DNA of 64,000 nt, taken from contig NC_087251.1 in the NCBI RefSeq assembly GCF_037042905.1, positions 40,736,001 to 40,800,000 of the forward strand. The letters are read 5' to 3'. Every line of letters starts with the position of its first letter. The first letter of the stretch is position 1. Positions 50,145-61,654 of the stretch are shown here, piece by piece. A model generated the notes under the pieces. It was not told where the DNA came from. It did no database searches and saw only the letters and a list, made by a program, of their open reading frames with translations. Origin of the DNA: Lytechinus pictus. Lineage: Eukaryota. Both the position numbers and the translations under genes were made by a program.

Positions 50145-50765
50145 TGTGACCAGGCACCACAAAACCTACAAAAAGTCGCCAAAAATGAAATTTTAGCGAA
50201 ATAGCCCTTCTGAAAGGGGAAATTCTAAGCTTTATAATGATATATAACTCATATATAACCCACTCAAGTAAGAGGAGAATGTTCACTACCAAGGAACACT
50301 CCTTTTGAGGAAAGGGGGATTAAAAATTACTAGTCTATTGAAGAGCACTTACTCTTCTACTATTGGGTATTGCAGACAAAAGGAAGATTAAAAATCAATA
50401 AAATTTCAATAGAAGGGATTATCAGATTGCCCCCAAAGTTGACACACTAATTAGGGACATCCTGTCCATTAGTTTGAAGAAGTATCAATGTTAGAGCTTA
50501 TCCTGTTTTAAATCTATAGGAGTTCAAAGAGAGATGAATATTCAGGTTTTCTTGAAAACAAAACATGATTACAATTATCTCAAACAGACAAAAATAGGTC
50601 TAATAACAACACTAAAAATAAATCACTTTAGGTTTGATATTTGCATCCCAATTTTTACAGTAAATAGAAATAGAAAACACAAAAATCTGAAATTTGAACA
50701 TTAATTGGCTCCAACTGAAAATCACGCAGTGCAACTTTTTGTATGTTTTGTGGTGCTGGATCACA
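50145..50765. mobile_element. TA-flanked TIR element, unclassified
   Basis: tata|tgtgaccaggcaccacaaaacctacaaaaagt ... actttttgtatgttttgtggtgctggatcaca|tata. Confidence 0.75.
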
Positions 50766-51088
50766 TATATAGTGTCAAATCAAATGGTAAAAAAAAAAGT
50801 TTTTGTTTGTTTTAGAAGTGTATTCATCATTTACATTTGAACTCATAATTTCATCAAATTAATCTTCATTAATTGAATGAACTTTTAAGAAATTGAATAG
50901 CTGCTCTACTAGGATGGGTGTCAGTGATGAAACTTATTTTTATGTGGTGCATTATCAAAGAATGAAAATTTGAAAAGAATTTGGTTCCAAAAGAAATGAT
51001 TTTTTTTTTTAAAGGCATTTCATCAGGGAGATTGATATGTCATTGCATCAAGTTTCAAATAATATTATGTATTTCTGTTTATCCACAG

Positions 51089-51170
51089 AGCTGTATGGTT
51101 TTGATATCTTAGTAGATGCCAATCTCAAACCCTGGGTATTAGAAGTCAATCTCTCTCCATCATTAGCTAC
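51089..51170 (+). CDS. TTLL5: TTLL5 coding exon 13 (catalytic Glu)
   Basis: Reads [27 protein letters not shown](T), with FE..GFD and EVN.SPS motifs. Confidence 0.97.
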
Positions 51171-51845
51171 GTAAGTTGCACATCGTTCATCAAATATTAC
51201 TTGTTAGATCTAAATGAAATCAAAATGTATTTCCATCAACCGATATCTATCACATGATCATAATACATGGCGATATACATTATGCAGTGAGTGAAGTATT
51301 ATTGATTTGATTTGATTTGATTTATTGTTTCACATTCCACAAAAACATACATCTTGAACATAATTATGAGAAGATGACAAAAAATACATAGTTGTAGTGT
51401 TTTACAAAGAAATACAATATCGTGAAATATGAGGAACCTATTAAAAAGCAAAGCTTGTAGACATATAGGTTCCCAGAAGAAAATAATCAATGATTAACAA
51501 CTCCTAACGCAATGAAGCGAGATAAATCAAATGTAGAAAAATAAGACATTATAAAGAGTTCAACATGATAGTCACTCGAGCAAGGCGCTTACCCACTAGC
51601 GTACGATTGTAAAAGAAATATTTTCAGCCTACATTTAAAAGAATATAAAGAGGGCGCCTCAATTATATCTACATAAAGTCTAGAGAATGTCCATGATATT
51701 TCAAAAGATTTTTCTTTTCAATCCAGGTAGATAACCTTCGTGAGATGAACAAAAATTGTGTAGTGTCTGATAAAGCTGTTTTATGTTTATATTTTTGCAT
51801 TGTTATTCTATATGTACCTTCACTACGTAGAGTTTTGGAATGAGT

Positions 51846-51848
<3 letters not shown>

Positions 51849-51880
<32 letters not shown>

Positions 51881-52160
51881 CAGTTCTTGTATAGCGCATA
51901 CCAGATTATGAATATAACGTCTCTATGCGCTTCCAAAGGACTTTGATATTATTACCCTGGCTTTAGCTTGGCGGCCGTAATTACTTACAGCGCACACGCT
52001 TTACAAGGAATTAATTCCTACCGGGTACCCATTTACCTCACCTGGGTCGAGTGCAGCACACTGTGGATGAATTCCTTGCTGATGGAAACTGCGCCATGGC
52101 TGGGATTTGAACCCACAACCCTTTGTTTCAAAATCTGGAGACTAATCCACTGTTCCACAA
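51849..52160 (-). mobile_element. tRNA-derived SINE
   Basis: Same family as 17998-18270, with a (TAT)n tail at 51849-51875. Confidence 0.78.
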
Positions 52161-52220
52161 TGCTGATTATCCATACAACTCTTCACTTCCTTTTATTTTC
52201 TCTCTCATTACCCTCTTCAG

Positions 52221-52282
52221 TGAAGCACCAATCGACATGAAGATCAAGTCTAACGTGTGTGGTGATCTCTTTAGTTTAACCG
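52221..52282 (+). CDS. TTLL5: TTLL5 coding exon 14
   Basis: Reads EAPIDMKIKSNVCGDLFSLT(G). Confidence 0.95.
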
Positions 52283-52642
52283 GTAAGTATAGTGCATTCA
52301 TGAAATCAATATTTACAACTATCATAATATTTATAGTTATATGTTATAGAAGGCTATTTGAAATAATATGTATTTTCTTTTACAAAAATTCTTCATAGTG
52401 AAATTGTTGTTAAGTGTGTCTCTTTGGAAGAATACTTGAGACAGTACTAGTTTCTTTTATTTTTTATTTTTTTCACTATTCCACTTAAAAAGTTTTGGGG
52501 GCCAAATATGCTAAAATTTCTTTGTACCTGGGTCAATGCCCATTGCTTATTTCATAAACAGAGATTTCATTATATTTGTATTTTTAAGTTTGCATGAATG
52601 AGATGTTTTTATAATGATCATGTTTATCGTTTTTGTTGACAG

Positions 52643-52731
52643 GTTTTGTTGTACAAGATCCTGTGATGAGACGTATGCAGCAGAGTAGAAGAAATCAGGA
52701 TCTAGCTGCTTCTAGTACACTAAGACAACAG
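52643..52731 (+). CDS. TTLL5: TTLL5 coding exon 15
   Basis: Reads (G)FVVQDPVMRRMQQSRRNQDLAASSTLRQQ. Phase 1-0. Confidence 0.9.
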
Positions 52732-52810
52732 GTATGATGGGGTGTAGAGGTGGTATAATGGCAGAAGAGAATTATACAAGAGATATACATATATTATACC
52801 AACCTATAAT

Positions 52811-52996
52811 ATAGGCGGAGGCTGCAGCGATATCTGTGCTGTTACGTTTAATTTATAAAAAAATACACATTTTGTAGGTCTGATGCAGAAGACTACTCAG
52901 GCACAGTTCATAGTCCTTTGCATCAGACGTTTTGCGTCCAATGCGTGTGACGGCATCAGACTCTAAAGCAAAGACAATATCTGCAGCGTCCGCCCA
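52811..52996. mobile_element. Short palindromic element
   Basis: ataggcggaggctgcagcgatat / atatctgcagcgtccgcccat. Confidence 0.5.
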
Positions 52997-53142
52997 TGCT
53001 ATAGGCTAATTTCATGAAGGATGCAAGCTTTTAAATTGTAAGACCCTATTTAGATAACTCTCATCTTACAAAGGGTTGTGAATCAGACTACATATCTCAG
53101 GTTCAATTCTTTGTTTCTCGGTCATTCAATGTCTTTCCTTAA

Positions 53143-53729
53143 AGGTGCACGATCCCTGTCGCTGTTAAGACAGTTTTGTTCTTGCCGGCATCTTCATTAT
53201 GAAGATCGTCAATGTAATTTGCATGCAGCAGTTGATCATCGGCCAGTCGCGCAGCAAATGCACACATTAATAGCAGGGAATAATTTTGCTTTACAAATTT
53301 GAATAGCATTTTTGGTCTTACCAGAAAAGCTCTCAACTAAGTAATGTACAGTCCTATGTAAAGATATGCTATACAAAAGACTTTATGCATAGCAGTCTTT
53401 CAAAAATGTGGAGCAAATTGAGATGCGATACCAGGAAAATTATTCCCTGAACAGTGCACATACGCTATGCTGCATTTGACTACATCGGCATTGACCCAGC
53501 AATCATTCTGCTGACATCACTTCACACAGAAGAAAGAGGCGAATCCCGCCTGCCAAGATCTTTGAACAGCAGCCGAAGCCTATGCATCCGAGAATCATCA
53601 GAGATTGGATGTTTGGAACATGGCATCTGCGTAAGCGTCCTATAACATTAATGTCAATGGCCAGCTTGCGCGGTCCGCAGAGTATACGTATGTCCAGCAG
53701 CGCCCTCTCAATCTAGGGATCATGCACCT
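53143..53729. mobile_element. Kolobok-type MITE (family C)
   Basis: TTAA|AGGTGCACGATCCCT ... AGGGATCATGCACCT|TTCA. Confidence 0.75.
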
Positions 53730-54763
53730 TTCAAATCTTGTATATATGTGTATGCTTAAAGATTTATTTGTTTTCAAATCCAATTGATGTTAAAATACAT
53801 TGTTGATATTTTCCATGTTATCTATTTGAGTGGCAGTGGATTTGAATCATGTTCTTTAATAACAATGCTATCTCACAATCTGTGATTGATTCACATCTTT
53901 TGCAACATGTTTTTCTTTATCGTTGTGATTCTAATTTTCTTAATTATTTTTCATTAGAGTTTGATAATATTTCCAGTTTTCTCTATTGACTTCATAACTT
54001 TTTTGAGATGATGTTAATTTTTGTTCCTTTTTTACATGCAGTCTCAATGAATGATTATTTGAAGCATTTATTTCAAACCCATATGTCAAAATTGATATTT
54101 TGCCATTAGAACCATCAGTGCATGGGTAAAAAGATTTTAAAACTAAAAAAAAAAATGATATTGAAAAAAAAAGACACCTTGGAGCACTTCATGAAACAGA
54201 TAGTCAGTGATTTTTCTCTGTCTGTTATTATAAGCTACTGTATGGCTGATAGCAAATTAGTTGGTTAAAATCACCAGGCCTGAAAATCACTAACAAATCT
54301 TTTCATGAAATGCTTCCCGATCTTGACCTTTCCAAAGGACCATGTCTTAAATGCATCTTTACTCTCAAATGTTGAATGAAATAATCAAAAGAAATTGACA
54401 ATGTATCACATCGTAGCTTTTTAATCGTTGATTAATGTTTAGGGTGGTCAAGAAATATACAAAAGATGGGAAAAATCCTGATTTACATATTCAGAAAGGC
54501 TGTTTAATTTTCATCTGGGAAGTATTCCGTGAAACAAATAGTGACATTAACTGACTTTTTTTGCTCTGGTCCAATCAGATGCAAGAATTTCAGTAGCTTC
54601 ACTAGCTTATAATAGATAGGAAAGCCATTGATTATTTGTTATATGAAATACCCCCTGTTTTCTACAATCATTAATTATCTTTCATTCATTTCACCCTTGT
54701 TTGCATGACCCTACCATCATTGCATTGCTGTGTTCTCACTTATGTACATCCTTTTGTACGTAG

Positions 54764-54790
54764 AAGGAGCGCATTGGCTCTGCCTTCTCG
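54764..54790 (+). CDS. TTLL5: TTLL5 candidate 27-nt microexon
   Basis: tag|KERIGSAFS|gtgagt. Phase 0-0 between exons ending and starting in phase 0. Confidence 0.65.
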
Positions 54791-54907
54791 GTGAGTTCCA
54801 TTTCACACAAGACTTTTACTGCTTAGATGATATGCATTCTTTTGAAAGTTAGACTTCTCTCTTTCATGATAAACCTTCAACCTTACATTTAACGTCTACC
54901 TTCTTAA

Positions 54908-55501
54908 AGGTCAAGTCTACCTCAGAAAAATGTTGATTTAAATCAATAGAGAAAAATCAGATAATCGTAATGCTGAAAATTTCATCATAATCGGATGTAA
55001 AATAAGAAAGTTATGACATTTAAAAGTTTCTCTTATTTTTCACAAAATATTTATTTGCACAATTTAGTCACATGCAAATGAGAGAATCTATGATCTCCCT
55101 CACTCACTATTTCTTTTGTTTTTATTTGTTTGAATTATACAATATTTCAATTTTTACAGATTTAACAGTAAGGATCAACTTGACTGAACCATAAAATGTT
55201 AAACAATGGTAATTCCACATGTTAAGGGAGAAATAAAACTTCGTTTCACAGGACAACGAGGAGAAAATAAGAATATTTCATGTTTTATATAATAAAATAC
55301 AAAAGAAATAGTGAGTGAGTGATGTCATCAGTTCCCTCATTGGCATACCAACCGGGATACTATTTTGTGAAATTAAGCGAAACTTGAAAATGTCATAACT
55401 TTCTTATTTTACATCCGATTTTGATGAAATTTTCAGTGTTATGCTTGTTAGATTTTTATCTTTTTATTCAAATCAACTTTTTGTTGGGGTGGACTTGTCC
55501 T
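54908..55501. mobile_element. Kolobok-type MITE family A
   Basis: TTAA|AGGTCAAGTCTACCTC ... GGGGTGGACTTGTCCT|TTAA. Confidence 0.85.
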
Positions 55502-55519
55502 TTAAGTTCTAATCTCCAC

Positions 55520-55727
55520 TTTTCTCTTCTCTCTTTCCTTCTTTCTCTCCTCTCTTTCCTTCTTTCTCTCCTCTCTTTCCTTCTTTCTCTTTCTTTCCTT
55601 CTTTCTCTCCTCTCTTTCCTTCTTTCTCTCCTCTCTTTCCTTCTTTCTCTCCTCTCTTTCCTTCTTTCTCTCCTCTCTTTCCTTCTTTCTATCCTCTCTT
55701 TCCTTCTTTCTCCCCTCTTCCTTTCTC
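55520..55727. repeat. 21-bp polypyrimidine minisatellite
   Basis: (ctttctctcctctctttcctt)n, about 9 copies. Confidence 0.92.
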
Positions 55728-55925
55728 ATCGAGTCTTTCATCCCTTTTTTCATCATCATGCATCACATCTCTGAAATATTGCTGATTTGATTTATGAAAA
55801 ATGCTCTTAAAAGTTTAGTCTAGTCTTCAAGCATGTATTGGCCTAATATGTGTATAAACACACTTTTTTTTAATAATTCATTGTTTGTTCTCACATTCTG
55901 AACAATTTGAAACATTGAATAGTAC

Positions 55926-56100
55926 CAGGGGGCCGTTTCATAAAGCTGTTCGTAAGTTAAGAGCGACTTTAAGAACGACTGGTGATCCTTTCTCACGCGC
56001 TTAAATCATCGCCAACGAATATACCATTTACCACAAGAAAGGATCACCAGTCCTTAAAGTCGCTCTTAACTTACGAACAGCTTTATGAAACACCCACCTG
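55926..56100. mobile_element. PIF/Harbinger-like palindromic MITE
   Basis: cag|ggggccgtttcataaagctgttcg ... cgaacagctttatgaaacacccacctg. Confidence 0.78.
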
Positions 56101-56520
56101 GAGTAAGATATGATTTAAGAATTGTAGCACTGTCATGCAAAATTCGTAGCTGAGATTAAAAAGTTTTTATACATACACCATTATTCTGTCAGACAGATCC
56201 CATGAAACCCAGTCGCGAGTACATGTGTATTCACATGGACATGTAGAGAAACGATCTGTAATGGATTGAATGCCTTCACTATCTTTTTGAGAAATGCTGG
56301 CCATTATTCTCATAAACCATTAAATTATATCCTTCATTGATTTGCTTGTTTTTTTTTCTTTATTCATGTTTTTGTTTAGAATATATTTATGCTCATTCAT
56401 ACGTATTCCAACATTTTTCCAACATTACTAAATGTCCATTTGGCTTTAACCAGGCAATACTTCAGGTATTAATCTTCAAATAAAGTTGGACATTCCTTCT
56501 CATATCTGCCCTTTCCACAG

Positions 56521-56735
56521 CGACAAAGACCCAACTCTGCTGGGGTGGTGGGTAATAAGCTTGTCAGACCAAACTCTGGTAGAAAGTCTGCAGCAGCAGC
56601 ATCGTCGGGTCCCAAAGATGGTTCCGGACTGACTCTAGAAGAACGTAAGATAATCCTAGAAAGCAGGGAGGAATACGCTAGGAGAGGGGGATGGATGAGA
56701 ACATTTCCCTCACCAAACTCAATGGAGAAATATGG
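56521..56735 (+). CDS. TTLL5: TTLL5 exon (cationic post-TTL region)
   Basis: Reads RQRPNSAG...GLTLEERKIILESREEYARRGGWMRTFPSPNSMEKY(G); LT.EE...EE..RRGG..R.FP is conserved in TTLL5. Confidence 0.92.
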
Positions 56736-56918
56736 GTGAGTAATACTTAATAGTACTTGTCTACTTTAAGAATTTATGTTGTGCAAACTGATAGAAAAAA
56801 AGTGATACTTTTATGCATATGTATTTGAAAAAGAGACAATTCTATCTTTAATGTGTATTTATGAACATGAATCAATGATTCATATGTTTGTCTTTCTGTT
56901 ACATCTTTTTCCTTTCAG

Positions 56919-56981
56919 TTCCTTAATGGAAAGTAGGAATTCCATGAACCATTTACTACATTCAAGACTCTTCTCTGACAA
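56919..56981 (+). CDS. TTLL5: TTLL5 exon
   Basis: Reads (G)SLMESRNSMNHLLHSRLFSD(K), with SMN..L..RLF. Phase 2-2. Confidence 0.9.
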
Positions 56982-58078
56982 GTAAGTTTCACTAATACAA
57001 TTTTAATCATTTGCATTACATATATTATAAAATGGTCGACATCGGCTTTATACCCTGGTTATTATGCTATTTTCATCTTCAATGTGCAGTTATATAATAT
57101 TTGTGTGGTCAATATGTGTGTAGATTTTTATCATTAGGATAGAGTGATAGATTTTCGCTTTGTTTTAACATTTTCAAATATACATGCATCAATATATTGT
57201 AGTGTGGTTCTTTTTATCAACTTTGGTTTGCCAATTATTCAATGTACTGTGTTTGCACCTTCATGTTGCTATCAATGCAATATCAATGTTTGATTTCATT
57301 TTAGAATGGAAGAATAAACCTCAATTGTATTTTACTTAATTTCATCTCTACTGTAATGGATTGGTTTCAAATGGATTATGCTTAATAATTAGGAATGTCA
57401 TCTTAGGTAGGATGCATATTTTCATGACAGAGCTTTATAAGGATTTAAGAATAAGTTAAGAATAACATTTTAGAGGGATACATCATCTAAAAACATTCCT
57501 CTTTCGGTTCTATTCTTTAATAACAATAATAACATCACTGGGGAATTTTCAGTCTCTTTTGTTGCTTTGAAATGCTAGATGCATATAATTTTTTTGAAGT
57601 TTTTATGATCTTTATATTTGCTTTTACCAATAGTCAATTTTTTATATCCTGTTCATGAATGCAAATAGTCTGCTCAAATTTAATAACTAACCTCTGGTAG
57701 TATTGTCTAAAACCTGGACCGTTTTCTCCAAATGTAACAAGCTAAAACAAAGAATTAACTAAATCATTTATGTAGTTTAAATTTGTGTTTTAAGATTTTA
57801 TTTTAAGAAAGAGAATAAGTTGAGGTTACAAGCAAAATTCTTATATGCCCAACATTTATCAACCGACATGGTATAATTATCTTGCCAGTTGAATTTTTCA
57901 TGTGCTGCTCTGTCATATTTAATAAGAAGGTTGAAAGAATCAATACAATCTTATTGTGTATTCTATATCTAGATATTAGAATGGTGTGTTCACATTAGAT
58001 AGGTAAGATTAGACTTTGAGCTAGTATGAACATTACTTCCTATGATTGACCATAGCGGTGTCTTCTATTGCGTTATAG

Positions 58079-58114
58079 GCGAGGTCAAGCGACCTCTAGT
58101 ACACGCTCTCCAAG
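58079..58114 (+). CDS. TTLL5: TTLL5 candidate 36-nt exon
   Basis: tag|g RGQATSSTRSP ag|gtaatg. Phase 2-2. Confidence 0.6.
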
Positions 58115-58959
58115 GTAATGCTTTCATATTTTACTTGCATGAAGCAAGCATTGGAGCATGATATTTTTTTTACATTTCTGGTTCTTTGGCTTTTTGTTTT
58201 CATTTTTGCAAAGTCATTTTGCTTTTTCTTCTTTTTCCCTCCCAGAGTAGGAATTTTATGGTTCTGATTGCAAGAAAAGCAAATGCAAAAGTCACTTTCA
58301 TTTTAAAAGTAAATAGCAGCTTTCTTTACAAGTCAATTCGAAATTTGTACATCATCATGAAAGTACAATTTCAATTTTTGTTCAGAAATTCTTCATTATC
58401 ACTTTTGCAAGGAAACACCGCACTTTTTACTCATATCTAAAAAAATATGATACATTATAACATTTCGACAAAAAAGAAAACTTTAGTGATAAAATAGTAC
58501 AATACATTAATTCATTCAATATACATAAAACAATGGTTATAATATTTGAAGTTGCAGATTGCAGACACATATATAAAGATCTTGTACTTAATAGTTTTCC
58601 TATGAATATCTCATTGTGTAATATATAAAAAAGCGAGAAATATACTTAAAATAAGAAGAGAGAAATAAGAAGTGAGGGTGGACTGACAATTCTTGAGAGG
58701 AACATTCAGGGAGCCGTGGGATTATTATTAAGGTATGTGCTTAGGATAAATTTTCCATTTGCGTTTAAATGGGTATATGAACTGTAGATTTTAAAGTCAA
58801 GTTGGAGATCATTCCAAAATAACAAATGGAGTTGGGTAGATTTGGGGACGAAGACGTGGGCGTTATGGTTATTGTGTTGATTTTTTCCATACCCAGGCAG
58901 TATCTCCAGCTCTCATTCCAGGTCCTATTTTCTTTATCATGCAACATTGTAATTGTTCT

Positions 58960-59454
58960 TAAAATTCACAGAGCAAAATGCTGAAAATTTCATCAAAATC
59001 GGATAACAAATAATGAAGTCATTGAATTTTTAAGTTTATCAATATTTTGTTAAACAGTTATATGCACATCGCTATGAATATTCATTAGGTGGGCTGATGA
59101 TGTCACATCCCCACTTTCCTTTTTCTTATGTTATTGCATGAAATCTTAATCATTTTATTTTTTTATACATGTGTACATGATGTGTCTCCATTATGATGAA
59201 ATAAGTTGCAAATAACTAATACACTAATCAGTTGACAATCCAATTGTTTTAGTTCTTGGTAGAAAACTTTTGAATAAACCTAATTTCATATAATAAAATA
59301 CATGCCTAGAACTGTTTCACCGGAATAATGCAAATCTTGAAAATTCAATAACTTCATTATTTGTTATCCGATTTTGATCAAATTTTCAGCATTTTGCTCT
59401 GTGAATTTTACTCTATTTATTGAGATATAAATATCGCCAGCCTGGACCATCCCT
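58960..59454. mobile_element. Kolobok-type MITE, left end missing
   Basis: Inverted arms (ttcacagagcaaaatgctgaaaattt / aaattttcagcattttgctctgtgaa), ending ccatccct|TTAA. Confidence 0.7.
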
Positions 59455-59457
59455 TTA

Positions 59458-59796
59458 AGCCCAGCACTCACTATGCGATGCGATTGCAACAAAATCAGAG
59501 TGTTGGGCCAACCTGCAATAGCCACCCGATTTGTTGCATTAGGATCGCATATCAAATGATCTCGGACATTTGACATGTCATATCTTCCTGCGATTTTGCT
59601 CATTTCAGCCGGTCGGATTTGTCCTGGATGATGACGTCATGGCCAATTTTCTGCACTTCTGTTGCGCAGATAACATAGCCGCAGAAGAGGCACCGTGAGA
59701 TACAGCGCCCTGCAGAGCTGATTGCACTGAGATGTGTTTGGCAACTTGTTGCAATCGAATCTTAGTGCAATTGCGTCGCATAGTGTGCACTGGGCT
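59458..59796. mobile_element. Harbinger-like MITE
   Basis: agcccagcactcactatgcgatgcgattgca / tgcaattgcgtcgcatagtgtgcactgggct. Confidence 0.72.
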
Positions 59797-59933
59797 TTTA
59801 ATGTCTTGTTTGTAACTCTGTATTCTCTGTGCATTGAAAGCTTAATAGAATCATAATAATAATAAATCTGTCAAGGAAAACAATGCAAGGATTTGTCAAT
59901 GTGCTCTGAGACATCATGTATATTTCCCTCGAA

Positions 59934-60393
59934 CCCGTGGGGGGTACTCGACCAAAAAAGTAGTAGGTATGTGCTGTGGGCGAGACAAAAAACGGGGGCC
60001 TTGGAGCGGGCTTATTGTAAAAAGGAGGGTCCTCGGAACTACAAATGTTTGTGAAAACGGGGGTCCTTGGAACGGGTCGCCTCCGTGTGCATCCCAATGG
60101 AACGGGCATACGTGCATGCAGCTAGCACGGCGCACGGGCGCCGGGTGCACTAGCGCAGAGGCGATGGCCGGACAGCGCTCTGCGGACGCTTTTCACCAAA
60201 ATTGCGGCTCATCGTAGCAGATCAATGCGACCGGAACGGCGTAACGGAAAATATGCGAAGCTTTGGAGCGGATATCTTTCTTCTTTTTTCTCGATAAGAA
60301 GAAAATGCTATGCTTTGGAGCGGCATATCTTTCTTCTTTTTTCTCGATAAGAAGAAAATGCTATGTCTGAGTGCCCCCCCCCCCCCCCCCGGG
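59934..60393. mobile_element. CCC...GGG-terminated (EnSpm/CACTA-like) MITE
   Basis: cccgtggggggtactc ... gagtgccccccc...ccggg, internal ggggtccttggaac repeats and a ~52-bp tandem duplication (60260-60365). Confidence 0.65.
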
Positions 60394-61576
60394 CCCTCGA
60401 ATGAGAATGTAAAGATAAACTCCCTGTTCCAATCCTGTCTGTAGCAAAATGATGTTTTTGAATACTTTCAAGGCCTTTATCTCTCTGTAGCATGCTATTA
60501 TAAATGTTTTTTTTAACCACAACATCTTATGATAGGGGAATATATAAATTTTGTACTTTTTGCAAACAAAATATGTAATTCCTCATTGCATATTGCACGA
60601 GTTCTCTTGCATAAAAACCAAGTAATAATTTCTGTTTACAGGATTAACAAGAAACCCAGTTTTTGTTTATTTTGTGTGAATTTGATATTTTAAGAAATGA
60701 AATTATAGTAATGCTACAGTCAGTGTAATAATAAGAACAAATTAATCTTATATTGAATGAAGTTGTAATGTAACTTACAGTAGTTTCATAAGTACAGAGT
60801 ATAAGTGATTATCGAAGTAATATTAAATTAGTTGATTGGAAAAAGCTTTTTTACATGTTGCACTATTGCATATTGATTTTGAGAGTTGAGTTCATATTAA
60901 CACTCCATTCATATTTTTTTTTAGGTATTACTTGTTTGCAGTGTTTGCTTTGCACACCTTTTAACTATGTGCAGTAGTATCCTTTCATCCTACCTTTCAT
61001 CTTTAATCTTTCACATCCCTCCGATACAATCCTTTCTTTTTTGGGGGTAAATTGTCATTTGGTCTTCAAACACTACTACTATGTAGTTTGTAGCTTTACA
61101 AGAAACACTCATCATGTACCTGGTTGTATTACAGAGAAGAAAAATCAATCCTCTTACAGAACATAAAACTTTGGGAGTTGTACATCTACAACAGAGTCAA
61201 AATGAAGGATATTCATTTCTTTAACTCCTTTGGTGTTGTAAGAAACCTATGTTCAATTCTATATTGAGAATAAGTCATGAAATCAAGTGGAAATTTGTAG
61301 TTGATTCGTGGCCCATTTAGCTTAATTAGACAAACTGTCTTGGGTTATGTTACACAAAAGTTGATGATCAGTCACTATAAAATGGTGATGGCCAATCAAG
61401 CTCCATGTCATTGACCACGAACCAATCAGAAGTGTCCTTTCACATAATTCTTTTCATTGCAAAACTTTGTGAAACTGCACCCTGATTTCATAAGGAAAAC
61501 CAAATGGCAATAAACCAATGGCCTATCACATTCCACTGTTCCCATATCTATCATATATCCCTGATCCTTTACGCAG

Positions 61577-61654
61577 TGTGGATACTAGTAGTTCATCTCC
61601 CAGATCTAAATCGGCTCATTCAACTTTGGCTTCATCCAGAGCCAGACAGTGCAC
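61577..61654 (+). CDS. TTLL5: TTLL5 candidate Ser-rich exon; gene continues beyond the window
   Basis: cag|t VDTSSSSPRSKSAHSTLASSRARQC ac|gtaagt. Phase 2-2, open frame. Confidence 0.7.

Noticed and set aside
56454..56465. 12-nt microexon cag|GCAATACTTCAG|gtatta
   Set aside because: It would leave a 55-nt intron, far shorter than any other here, with a weak donor.
59798..60217. GC-rich overlapping ORFs
   Set aside because: They lie largely within an EnSpm-like MITE and show no recognisable domain.
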